NCBI GenBank assembly: GCA_964440565.1
Contig: CAYTTB010000003.1
Location: forward strand, 70,353 to 134,352
Source: an uncultured Thermoanaerobaculia bacterium
GTDB lineage: Bacteria > Acidobacteriota > Thermoanaerobaculia > Thermoanaerobaculales > Sulfomarinibacteraceae
Reading direction: 5' to 3'
DNA: 64,000 bases
Made by a program: the position numbers and the translations under genes. Positions 26,976 to 35,478 of the stretch are shown in pieces. A model generated the notes under the pieces. That model was not told the origin of the DNA. It did not search any database and worked only from the letters and a program-made list of their open reading frames with translations. How positions within the stretch are numbered: the first letter of the stretch is position 1; the number at the start of each line of letters is the position of its first letter.

Positions 26976-28439
26976 TCAGCGCGCCTCCGCCACCGGGACC
27001 GGGAGGACGAACGCGGCGTCCTCCGTGGTGCCGTCCACCACGGAAAGGCCGGCGTGGACCGCGCCGGAGCGCACGGCGAGCAGCAGGTAGGCGTGATCCA
27101 CGTCCCCGCCGGCGAGGCTGCGGCCGATCCGGTTGATCTGCGCGAGGCCCAGCGGGGGCACGGTCACCGGGATCGGCCCGTGGCGCACGCCGTCCTGGAC
27201 CAGGTACACCGCGACCTCGCTGGGGAGCGGCACCGCGCCCGCGAGGAACAGGTTGGACCGGTAGCGGCCGTCGTCGCGGACGCCGGAAAGCACCCAGCGG
27301 GTGTAGGCGGTGAGCGCCTGGAACGAGGGGAGGCCCGGCACCGTGATCCCGAACCGTCCCTGGTGGGTCACCGCCTCGTTGCGGCTCAGCACCGTGAGGT
27401 TCCACATGGGGAACCCGGCGAGGTGCAGCACCCCCTTGGTGTTGTCCGTGATCCCGAACTCGGTGGCCAGCACGTCGTCCACGTGCCAGGTCTGCCCGGG
27501 CATCACCGTGAACGGGACCTGCGCGGCGGCCGGCAGGCCGCCCCGCTCCGGGACGTACACCAGGACCCCGCTCACGGGGAGGCCGTACGGGTTGGTGATG
27601 GTGAGATCGGACACGAAGGGGACGCCGCTCGCGCCCACCACGTGGCTGACGATGGGCACGGTGAACCGGATGCCGGGGTCGTCGGCGCTCTCGGCCCGGG
27701 CCACGGTCACGCCGCGCCGGTTCTCGTTCAGCGGGACCACCACCACCCGGTCCCCGGGCAGCGCGTACCTCACGCGGCCGGTCCGGGGCACGCGCAACGT
27801 GATCCGGCCGTCCTCACTGCCGTCCTCGTCGTTGGCCCCGCCGTCGTCCGCCTTCAGCATCGCCGGGTCCTTCCCGGGCGCACCGTAGAGCAGCAGCACC
27901 TTGAGCGGCGGGGCGGAGCCGGAGGCGGCGGCGGCGCCGGACCTGGCGACGGCGAACGTCTCGGATCCGGGAGACAGGCCGAAGATGATGAGCGGCTCGG
28001 GCGGGATGTCCTGCGTGTGCATCGTGCCGGCGCCCGTGGGCGGCCGGCCGGCGGTGGCCACCTCGCCGGTGAGCGCGTCCACCACCGCGACCACGCTGCC
28101 GTCGCGGACCGCGTTCTGCAGCTGGATCTCGAAGTCCGCCTCCCGCGAGGTGCCCCAGCCCCATTCCGCCTTGTAGATCGGCTCCCCCCCCGCGCCCTGC
28201 TGGTCGCTCGGGAACTGGTGGATGTACCAGTAGACCCCCTCGTCCTCCGGCGTGGCCCCCTCGGTGGCGGTGGGCGAGGTGTCGGTGGGCACCGGGGGCT
28301 GGGGCACCGTGAGCCCGGTGACCGTGACCACGGGGGCGTCGGTCTCCGGGAGCGTGACCTCCACGCCCGCGGCCGGTGCCACGAGGGCCAGGGCCACGGC
28401 CGCGGTGGCGATGACCGGAGCGAGCGGCTGGCTGCGCAT
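26976..28439 (-). CDS. Hypothetical secreted protein (487 aa)
   Basis: Internal ATG of ORF 26976..30104 after GGGAGG. Signal peptide MRSQPLAPVIATAAVALALVAPAAG. The stop lies 1 nt before the kinase start. Confidence 0.6.
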   Translation of the reverse strand: MRSQPLAPVIATAAVALALVAPAAGVEVTLPETDAPVVTVTGLTVPQPPVPTDTSPTATEGATPEDEGVYWYIHQFPSDQQGAGGEPIYKAEWGWGTSREADFEIQLQNAVRDGSVVAVVDALTGEVATAGRPPTGAGTMHTQDIPPEPLIIFGLSPGSETFAVARSGAAAASGSAPPLKVLLLYGAPGKDPAMLKADDGGANDEDGSEDGRITLRVPRTGRVRYALPGDRVVVVPLNENRRGVTVARAESADDPGIRFTVPIVSHVVGASGVPFVSDLTITNPYGLPVSGVLVYVPERGGLPAAAQVPFTVMPGQTWHVDDVLATEFGITDNTKGVLHLAGFPMWNLTVLSRNEAVTHQGRFGITVPGLPSFQALTAYTRWVLSGVRDDGRYRSNLFLAGAVPLPSEVAVYLVQDGVRHGPIPVTVPPLGLAQINRIGRSLAGGDVDHAYLLLAVRSGAVHAGLSVVDGTTEDAAFVLPVPVAEAR

Positions 28440-28812
28440 ACGACCTCCCTGCCCGGTGGGCGATCCCTCCCCACGATTGTACCGCTCACCGGCTCTCGCG
28501 CGCGGGGGCGGCGGACGCAGGGGGCGCCGGGGAGCCCGGGGTCCGCGGGGCCGGGGCGGCCCGCCACGGGTCTCCCCATCCTCCGGATCGAGGTGGTGTC
28601 CGGACCGGGCCAGGAGCCGCCCCCTCCGCCCCGATCCGCGTCGCCATCGCGCGGCTTCGCGAGAGCCGGATCCCGGACGCCGCGAGCTGGGGACGGTCCC
28701 CACTCGCGAGATGGTGGCAGTGTTCGTCTCGGGGCGTGGGGTCGCGCCCGGGATCTCGGCTGCGGTCCTCGGCCGCGGCCCGCGGTCACGGGGGCGGAGG
28801 GGCGTCGCGCCG

Positions 28813-28818
28813 TATACT
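28813..28818 (+). promoter_or_regulatory. Candidate -10 hexamer TATACT upstream of moeA
   Basis: GCCGTATACT. The same decamer recurs at 39472-39481. Confidence 0.3.
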
Positions 28819-28862
28819 CGGTGCGCGGACGCCACGCGCCGGGGCGCCGGCGGCGGGAAGGG

Positions 28863-30068
28863 ATGGCCATGGGCGGAGCGATGCCGGATCTCGAGGAGGC
28901 GAGGGCACGGCTCGGGGCGGCGGCACGGCCGCTGCCCCCGGTCGAGGTGGGGGTGCGGGAGGCGCTCGGCCTGCGTCTGGCGGCGGACGTCAGCGCGACG
29001 CTGAGCCTCCCGCCCGCGGACGTGTCGGCCATGGACGGGTACGCGGCGCGGGCCGCGGAGCTGGCCACGGGAGCGCCGCTGCCCGTGGCGTTCGAGGTGG
29101 CGGCGGGGCAGGTCCCGGGACCGCTCCCCGCGGGGCATGCGGCGCGGATCTTCACCGGCGCACCGCTGCCCGTGGGTGCCGACGTGGTGGTGCAGCAGGA
29201 GCTGGCCGAGCGCCTCCCCGACGGGCGCGTCCGGCTCGAGCCGCTCCCCGCGGGGAGCAACGTCCGCCGCCGGGGCGAGGTGGTGGCCGAGGGGGACCGG
29301 GTCGCGGCTGCCGGCGGGGTGGTCACCGCGCAGCGCCTCGCCCTCCTGGTGGCGGCCGGGGTGGACCGGGTGACGGTGTACCCCCGCCCGCGCCTCGCCG
29401 TCGTGGGGACCGGGAGCGAGCTGGCGGCGCCGGACGAGCGTCCGGGGCCCGGCCGGATCCGGGACTCGAACGGCCCGCTGCTCGACGCGCTGGCGCGGAC
29501 CGCGGGGCTCGCGCCGCCACGGATCGCGCGGGCGCCCGACCGGCTGGAGGAGCTCGTGGCGGCGCTCGAGAGGGCGCTGGCCGCGGCGGAGGTGGTGCTC
29601 ACCACCGGCGGCGTGTCGGTGGGCGACCACGACCTGGTCCCGGAGGCGGCGCGGCGTCTGGGCGCGGAGGTGCTGTTCCACCGCGTGGCCCAGAAGCCCG
29701 GCAAGCCGATCCTCGCGGCCCGGGCGGGTGAGCGGTGGCTGGTGGGGCTGCCCGGCAACCCGCTCGCGGTGCTGGTGGGGTGGCGGCTGTACGTCCTGCC
29801 CCTCGTCATGGCCCTCGCGGGCGACGTGGAGGCGTTCCGCGAGGAGCCGCTGGGTGCCCGCCTCGCGGCGCCCGCAGCCAACCGCGGTGCGCGGACGGTG
29901 CTGCGCCCGGCCCGTCTGGAGTGGAGCGGCGGCGCCTGGGTCGCCACGGTGCTGCCGTGGAAGGGCTCTCACGACCTGGCGGCGGGCGGCGCGGCGGACG
30001 CCCTGGTGCGGCTCGAGCCGGGCGCGGAGCTTCCCGCCGGAGCCGAGGTGAGGTGCTACCCGCTGTAG
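28863..30068 (+). CDS. moeA: Molybdopterin molybdenumtransferase
   Basis: Contains SAMDGYA, GAPLP.GADVVV, IRDSNGP, TTGGVSVGDHD and GLPGNPLA. The start is uncertain among ATGs at 28863, 28869 and 28881. Confidence 0.88.
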   Translation: MAMGGAMPDLEEARARLGAAARPLPPVEVGVREALGLRLAADVSATLSLPPADVSAMDGYAARAAELATGAPLPVAFEVAAGQVPGPLPAGHAARIFTGAPLPVGADVVVQQELAERLPDGRVRLEPLPAGSNVRRRGEVVAEGDRVAAAGGVVTAQRLALLVAAGVDRVTVYPRPRLAVVGTGSELAAPDERPGPGRIRDSNGPLLDALARTAGLAPPRIARAPDRLEELVAALERALAAAEVVLTTGGVSVGDHDLVPEAARRLGAEVLFHRVAQKPGKPILAARAGERWLVGLPGNPLAVLVGWRLYVLPLVMALAGDVEAFREEPLGARLAAPAANRGARTVLRPARLEWSGGAWVATVLPWKGSHDLAAGGAADALVRLEPGAELPAGAEVRCYPL

Positions 30069-30161
30069 GTGCCGTGCGAGGTCCGTATCCTGGCGGGGGC
30101 GCACCGCCGACGGCGCCTGCCGCCGGCGGGTGCCGGTTCCGCCACCGCTGTCGGGGTCGGG

Positions 30162-30167
30162 TAGAAT
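30162..30167 (+). promoter_or_regulatory. Candidate -10 hexamer TAGAAT upstream of the moaA leader
   Basis: The context is GGGTAGAATGGAGG. The predicted start about 7 nt downstream coincides with the 5' arm of the proposed riboswitch P1. Confidence 0.4.
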
Positions 30168-30169
30168 GG

Positions 30170-30305
30170 AGGTGTCTCCGACCCGCCGGGCCTACGGGCG
30201 GGTGCCTACGGCACGGCGGGCGGTGGGCGGGGCCGGTACGGCCCCGGGGCCCCGAGGGTCGTTCCGGAAACGGGACGGCCTCCCGGCTCGGAAAGGAGAC
30301 GAGCG
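30170..30305 (+). ncRNA. Candidate molybdenum-cofactor (Moco) riboswitch in the moaA leader
   Basis: The closing helix pairs GUCUCC (30174-30179) with GGAGAC (30295-30300). Internal hairpins are ACCCGCC..GGCGGGU, GGGGCCG-GUA-CGGCCCC and CGUUCCG-GAAA-CGGGACG. The 3' block GCCUCCCGGCUCGGAAAGGAGAC resembles the conserved Moco-motif core as I remember it. Confidence 0.5.
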
Positions 30306-30364
30306 TGGCCAGGTCGGATCGGCGGGGAGAGCGCTGGCGGCCGGGACGGCGGGGGCGCTGAGCG

Positions 30365-31321
30365 GTGGGCGCGCCCGCGAGGTGGCCGCACGTGCTGCGG
30401 CTGTCGGTCACGGATCGGTGCGATCTGCGCTGCAGGTACTGCATGCCCGCGGGGGGCGTGCGGCTCGAGCCGCGGCGGGCGCTCCCGTCGCTCGAGGAGC
30501 TCGAGGCGGTGGTGCGGTGGCTGGCGGCGGAGCTGCCCATCGCGCGGATCAAGCTCACCGGCGGCGAGCCGCTGGTGCGGCGGGGGGTGGTGGGCCTCGT
30601 GGAACGGCTTCGGCGCGTGCCCGGCGTGGAGGAGCTCTCCATGACCACCAACGGCACCCACCTGGCTGGGCTGGCGGGCCCGCTCGCGGCGGCGGGGCTC
30701 GACCGGGTGAGCGTGTCGCTGGACACGCTCGACCCGGGACGGTTCCGCGAGCTGACGCGGGGCGGCGACCTCCGGCGCACGCTGGCCGGGATCGAGGCGG
30801 CGCTGGCGGCCGGGCTCGTGCCGCTCAAGCTCAACGCGGTGCTGCTCGCCTCGTGGTGGCGCGAGGACGTCCCCCGGCTCCTCGATCTCGCCGCGGACCT
30901 CGGCGTGGAGGTCCGGTTCATCGAGCTGATGCGGACCGGCACCGAGGCGAGCTGGGCCGCCTCGGAGCTGGTCCCGGCGGCGCGGGTGCGGACCTGGCTC
31001 GAGGAGCGGGCCGGGGTGGAGCCGCTTCCGGACGGGGGCGGGACCGCGCGGCGGACGCGGGTGCACTGGCGGGGCCGCGAGCTCGCCGTGGGGTGGATCA
31101 CGCCGCAGTCGCACCCGTTCTGCTCGGGGTGCGTGCGCCTCAGGCTGGACGCCAGGGGGCGGCTGCGGCGGTGCCTGATGGACCCGGAGACCCTCGACCT
31201 TCGCGAGGCGCTGGCGCGGGGGAAGGCCGCGGCACGTGAGGCGCTCGCGGCCTACCTGGGCGGCAAGCGGCCGCCCGCGGCGATGGTCTCGGAGCTGCCC
31301 ATGGTCTCGGTGGGGGGGTGA
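30365..31321 (+). CDS. moaA: GTP 3',8-cyclase (radical SAM)
   Basis: Contains LRLSVTDRCDLRCRYCMP, KLTGGEPL, the MTTNG motif and a C-terminal CSGCVRLRL cluster. GTG start. Confidence 0.9.
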   Translation: MGAPARWPHVLRLSVTDRCDLRCRYCMPAGGVRLEPRRALPSLEELEAVVRWLAAELPIARIKLTGGEPLVRRGVVGLVERLRRVPGVEELSMTTNGTHLAGLAGPLAAAGLDRVSVSLDTLDPGRFRELTRGGDLRRTLAGIEAALAAGLVPLKLNAVLLASWWREDVPRLLDLAADLGVEVRFIELMRTGTEASWAASELVPAARVRTWLEERAGVEPLPDGGGTARRTRVHWRGRELAVGWITPQSHPFCSGCVRLRLDARGRLRRCLMDPETLDLREALARGKAAAREALAAYLGGKRPPAAMVSELPMVSVGG

Positions 31322-31322
31322 G

Positions 31323-31811
31323 ATGACGGAGCTTTCCCATCTCGACGGCGACGGGGCGGTGCGGATGGTGGACGTGTCGGGCAAGCCCGCCACCGTGCGG
31401 CGGGCGGTGGCCGAGGCCTGGTTCGTGGCCGGGCGCGAGGTGATGGCGGCGGTGGGCGACGGTGTGGGGCCCAAGGGGAACCTCTACGAGGCCGCCCGCA
31501 TCGCCGGGATCCAGGCGGCGAAGAGGACGTGGGAGCTGATCCCGCTCTGCCACCCGCTGCCGCTGGACCACGTCCGGGTGGACTTCGAGCCGGGCGAGGA
31601 CCGGGTGCGGGTGGTGGCGGAGGCGGCCACGCGCGCCCCCACCGGTGTGGAGATGGAGGCGCTCGCCGCGGCGGCGGTGGCGGCGCTCACGCTCTACGAC
31701 ATGACCAAGGCGATCTCCAGGGGGATGCGCGTGGAGGGGGTGCGGCTGCTGGAGAAGAGCGGCGGGTCGAGCGGCGACTGGACGGCGGAGGAGGCCGGCG
31801 ATGGGCGGTGA
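31323..31811 (+). CDS. moaC: Cyclic pyranopterin monophosphate synthase
   Basis: Contains MVDVSGK, IAGIQAAKRTWELIPLCHPL, GVEMEAL and LYDMTKA. Confidence 0.9.
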   Translation: MTELSHLDGDGAVRMVDVSGKPATVRRAVAEAWFVAGREVMAAVGDGVGPKGNLYEAARIAGIQAAKRTWELIPLCHPLPLDHVRVDFEPGEDRVRVVAEAATRAPTGVEMEALAAAAVAALTLYDMTKAISRGMRVEGVRLLEKSGGSSGDWTAEEAGDGR

Positions 31812-32805
31812 GGGGACGCTGCTGGCGGTGTGCGTCTCGGCCCGCAAGGGGACGGTGAAGCGGGCGGTGGAACGGGCCCGGCTCCTGCCCGAGCACGGGA
31901 TCGAGGGGGACGCCCACGCCGGGCCGTGGCACCGGCAGGTGTCGCTGCTGGACATCGGCGACATCGCCGCCATGCGGGCGCAGGGGCTGGAGCTCGAGTG
32001 GGGCGCCTTCGGGGAGAACCTGGTCGTGGAGGGCGTGGATCTCTCGCGGATCGGGATCGGCACCCGCCTCGAGGTCGGCGCCGCCGAGCTCGAGGTGACC
32101 CAGATCGGCAAGGAGTGCCACACCCGCTGCGCCATCTACCACCGCACCGGCGACTGCATCATGCCGCGGGCGGGGGTGTTCGCGCGGGTGGTCAGGGGCG
32201 GCGAGGTGGCGCCGGGGGAGGCGGTGCGGGTGGTGCGGGCCGTGCCGCGGGAGGCGATCCAGGTGGCGGTGCTCACGGTCTCCGACAGCCGCGCCGCCGG
32301 GCTCGCCGAGGACACCGCGGGTCCGGCGGTGGCCCGCCTCCTCGCGGAGCGGCTCGGGGCGCACGTGGCGTGGTACGGGATCGAGCCCGACGACCGCGAG
32401 CGCCTCGAGGCCAGGCTCCGGGACCTCGTGGGCCGCGGTCTCGACCTGGTCCTCACCGCGGGGGGGACGGGGTTCGGGCCGCGCGACGTGACCCCCGAGG
32501 CGACCCGGGCGGTGATGGAGCGGGAGGCGCCCGGCCTCGCCGAGGCGATGCGTGCGGCCTCGCGCGAGGCGACCCCGCACGCCGTGCTCCAGCGGGGGGT
32601 GGCGGGGATCGCGCGCCGCACCCTGATCGTCAACCTCCCGGGGAGCGAGCGCGCGGCGCGCGAGAACCTGGAGGCGATCCTGCCGGCGCTGCCGCACGCG
32701 GTCGGGCTCTTGCGCGGCCACACCGCCCACGCCGGTGACCCGCGGGTCCGGGGCGGCGCGGGGGAACTGCCGGTGGTGGGCGGCGCCTTCGGGGGAGGGC
32801 GATGA
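31801..32805 (+). CDS. MOSC-domain / MogA-MoaB-type molybdopterin adenylyltransferase fusion
   Basis: The N-terminal half is MOSC-like (GIEGDAHAG..QVSLL..GENLVVEG). The C-terminal half is LTVSDS..VLTAGGTGFGPRDVTPEAT..NLPGS. Overlaps moaC by 11 nt. Confidence 0.8.
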   Translation: MGGEGTLLAVCVSARKGTVKRAVERARLLPEHGIEGDAHAGPWHRQVSLLDIGDIAAMRAQGLELEWGAFGENLVVEGVDLSRIGIGTRLEVGAAELEVTQIGKECHTRCAIYHRTGDCIMPRAGVFARVVRGGEVAPGEAVRVVRAVPREAIQVAVLTVSDSRAAGLAEDTAGPAVARLLAERLGAHVAWYGIEPDDRERLEARLRDLVGRGLDLVLTAGGTGFGPRDVTPEATRAVMEREAPGLAEAMRAASREATPHAVLQRGVAGIARRTLIVNLPGSERAARENLEAILPALPHAVGLLRGHTAHAGDPRVRGGAGELPVVGGAFGGGR

Positions 32806-33599
32806 TCCGGCGGGCGGCGCTGCTCGCGGTGCTGGCGGCGTCCGGGGTCGCGGGGGCGGCGCCGCCGCCGGAGCTGCTGCTGCTGGTGGGCTCCGCGTCG
32901 CGGCCGGTGCTGGAGGCGGCCCGCCCGCGCATCGAGGCCGACCTCGGCGTGCGCCTGGCGGTGTCGTACGGGAGCTCGGGTGCGCTGCTCTCCCAGCTCG
33001 AGCTGGCCCGCCGGGGCGACGTCTACCTCCCCGGCAGCCACGACTACCTGGAGCGGGCGGTGGCTCGCGGCCTGGTGGACCCGGCGACCCGGGTGGACCT
33101 CGCCTACCTGATTCCGGCCCTGGTGGTGCGGCGCGGCAACCCCAGGGGGGTGCATGCCGTGGCCGACCTCGCCCGCCCCGGGGTCCGCGCCGCCATCGCC
33201 GAGCCCCGCACGGTGTGCGCCGGCCTCTACGCCCGGGAGATCCTGGAGCGCGCGGGGATCGCGGCCCGGGTGCTGCCACGGCTGGGGCGCGCGCGGTCGT
33301 GCGCGGCGCTCGCCGGGATGCTGGCGGTGGGATCGGTGGACGCGGTCCTGGGGTGGCGGGTGTTCGCGCGCTGGTACCCGGACCGGCTCGAGGTGGTTCC
33401 GCTGCCGCCGCGGCTGGTACGGCGCGTGGCCACGGTGCCGGGCGCGGTGACCTCGGTGGCGCGCCGCCCGGAGGCCGCGCGGCGGGTGCTCGCCTGGCTG
33501 GCCGGGCCGCGGGGGCGGGCGATCTGGCGCGCGCACGGCTACCTCGTGGACCGCGCCGCGGTCGCCGCGTTCGCCCCCGGCGCCCGCATCGGGGGCTGA
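32802..33599 (+). CDS. Molybdate/tungstate-type ABC periplasmic binding protein
   Basis: Signal peptide and YGSSGALLSQL..GDVYLPGS. Overlaps neighbours via ATGA/TGATG. The oxyanion specificity cannot be resolved by eye. Confidence 0.75.
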   Translation: MIRRAALLAVLAASGVAGAAPPPELLLLVGSASRPVLEAARPRIEADLGVRLAVSYGSSGALLSQLELARRGDVYLPGSHDYLERAVARGLVDPATRVDLAYLIPALVVRRGNPRGVHAVADLARPGVRAAIAEPRTVCAGLYAREILERAGIAARVLPRLGRARSCAALAGMLAVGSVDAVLGWRVFARWYPDRLEVVPLPPRLVRRVATVPGAVTSVARRPEAARRVLAWLAGPRGRAIWRAHGYLVDRAAVAAFAPGARIGG

Positions 33600-34375
33600 T
33601 GGGCCGCGGTGACGGGGGTGCGGGGCGGCTGGCGGCGACCACGGTCGCGGTGCTCGTGGGCTACCTCGCGCTGCTGCTCGGCGCGCTGGCGCGGCTCGCG
33701 GCCACGGGCCCGGGAGGGGGCGGCGGCACGCCGCTGCCGGCGCTCCTCGCGGTGAGCCTGGGCGCGGCGCTGCTCGCCACCGCGGCGGCGCTGGTGCTGG
33801 GAGTCCCCGCGGCGTTGTGGCTCGCGCGGGCGCGGCCGGGGGTGCGGCGGGCGCTCTCCACGGTGCTCGACGTCCCCACGATGCTCTCGCCGGTGGCGGT
33901 GGGCACCGCGGTGCTGCTGCTCCTGCGCGAGCCGCCGGGTGCATGGGCGGACCGCGCGCTGGGGATCGTGTTCGGGTTCCCCGGCGTGGTGCTGGCGCAG
34001 TTCACGGTGGTGGTGGCGCTGGTGGTGCGGGCGGCGGAGGCGGCGTTCGCGCGGGTGGACCCGGGGCTCGAGCGGCTCGCGGCGCTTCACGGCGCCTCCC
34101 GCGCCCGCGTGCTCCGCGACGTCACCCTGCCAATGGCCGCCCCCGGCCTGCTCGCCGCGGCGGTGCTCGCCTTCGCCCGGGCGCTGGGCGAGTTCGGGGC
34201 CACGGTGACGGTGGCGGGCACCGTGCCGGGCCGCACGGAGACGCTGGCCTCGGGCATCTTCCTCGCCATCGAGTCGGGCGATCTCGCCCGGGCGGCCACG
34301 CTCTCGCTCGCCCTGGTCGCGGTGGCGGCGGTGGCGCTGGTGGCGATGCGTCTGGTGGCGGGGAGGCGGGCGTGA
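33599..34375 (+). CDS. Molybdate-type ABC transporter permease
   Basis: 258 aa with about 5-6 TM helices and an EAA-like loop AAEAAFARVDPGLERLAALHGAS. Confidence 0.8.
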   Translation: MGRGDGGAGRLAATTVAVLVGYLALLLGALARLAATGPGGGGGTPLPALLAVSLGAALLATAAALVLGVPAALWLARARPGVRRALSTVLDVPTMLSPVAVGTAVLLLLREPPGAWADRALGIVFGFPGVVLAQFTVVVALVVRAAEAAFARVDPGLERLAALHGASRARVLRDVTLPMAAPGLLAAAVLAFARALGEFGATVTVAGTVPGRTETLASGIFLAIESGDLARAATLSLALVAVAAVALVAMRLVAGRRA

Positions 34376-35478
34376 CCGCGGTGTGCGCCGCGCGGCGGCT
34401 CGAGGTGGTGCGGGGCGGCTTCCGGCTGGGACCGCTCGATCTCGAGGTGGAGGAGGGGGAGTACCTGGTGCTCGTGGGTCCCTCCGGGGCCGGCAAGACG
34501 GTGCTGCTGGAGACCCTGATCGGGTGGCACCGGCCGGCGGCGGGCCGGGCGCTGCTCGACGGTCGCGACGTGGCCCGGGTGCCCCCCGGGGATCGCCGCG
34601 TCGCCTACGTGCCGCAGGAGCTGGGGCTGCTCCCCCACCGCTCGGTGCTCCAGAACCTGCGCTGGGGGCTCGCCTGCAGGGGCGAGACGCCGGACCCCGG
34701 GCTCGAGGCGGAACTGGTGGCGGTGCTGCGGCTGCAGCCGCTGCTCGAGCGTCCCACCCCCGAGACCCTGTCGCGGGGGGAGCGGCAGCGGGTGGCGCTG
34801 GGGAGGGCGCTCCTCACCCGCCCGCGGCTGCTGGTCCTGGACGAGCCGTGCGCCGCCCTCGACCCCCACCTCAGGCGCTCGTTCCAGCTGCTGCTCAGGA
34901 GCCTGCACCGCCGGCATCGGACCACCGTGCTGCACGTGACCCACGATCGCGAGGAGGCGTTCCTGCTCGGCGACCGGGTGGGGGTGCTGCTCGACGGGCG
35001 TCTGCGCCAGCTCGACACGCCCCGCGGCCTCTACGACCGGCCCGCCGACCGCGACGTGGCCCGCTTCCTCGCGCCGGAGAACCTGTGGCCGGCGCGGGTC
35101 ACGGCGGCCGCGGGCCGTGCCGTCACCGCCCGGCTGGAGGGATGCCCGCTCGAGCTCCTCGTGGAGCGTGGCGATGGCTGGGCTCCCGGGCGGCGGGCGC
35201 TCCTCGGCATCCGCCCCGAGGAGGTGATGGTCCTGCACCCGGGCCGCCCGCTGCGGCCGCAGGTGCGCGCGAACGTGGTCCGCGGCGAGGTGGAGGAGCT
35301 TCTGCTCCTCGACGGGCGGGTGGAGGCGCGGGTCGCGGTGGAGGGAGGTCCCGAGGTCACCACCCGCCTGCCCGTGTGCGCCGCGGACGACCTGGGGCTC
35401 ACGGAGGGGATGGCGGTGCGGGTGAGCCTCAAGCCCCGCTCCCTCTACCTCCTCGACCTGCCGGAGGACGGGGCGTGA
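34372..35478 (+). CDS. Molybdate-type ABC transporter ATPase with C-terminal TOBE-like domain
   Basis: Walker A GPSGAGKT, signature LSRGERQRVAL, Walker B LLVLDEP. The GTG overlaps the previous stop. Confidence 0.85.
   Translation: MTAVCAARRLEVVRGGFRLGPLDLEVEEGEYLVLVGPSGAGKTVLLETLIGWHRPAAGRALLDGRDVARVPPGDRRVAYVPQELGLLPHRSVLQNLRWGLACRGETPDPGLEAELVAVLRLQPLLERPTPETLSRGERQRVALGRALLTRPRLLVLDEPCAALDPHLRRSFQLLLRSLHRRHRTTVLHVTHDREEAFLLGDRVGVLLDGRLRQLDTPRGLYDRPADRDVARFLAPENLWPARVTAAAGRAVTARLEGCPLELLVERGDGWAPGRRALLGIRPEEVMVLHPGRPLRPQVRANVVRGEVEELLLLDGRVEARVAVEGGPEVTTRLPVCAADDLGLTEGMAVRVSLKPRSLYLLDLPEDGA

Noticed and set aside
28440-28862. Possible promoter, sRNA or small ORF in the 423-bp divergent spacer. 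This includes TGGCAG-TGTTC-GTCT at about 28715 and ORF 28252..29004.
   Set aside because: The TGGCAG element lacks a TTGC/TGC -12 box. The ORF is low-complexity, and I saw no terminator or repeat. Only the TATACT hexamer was kept, at low confidence.
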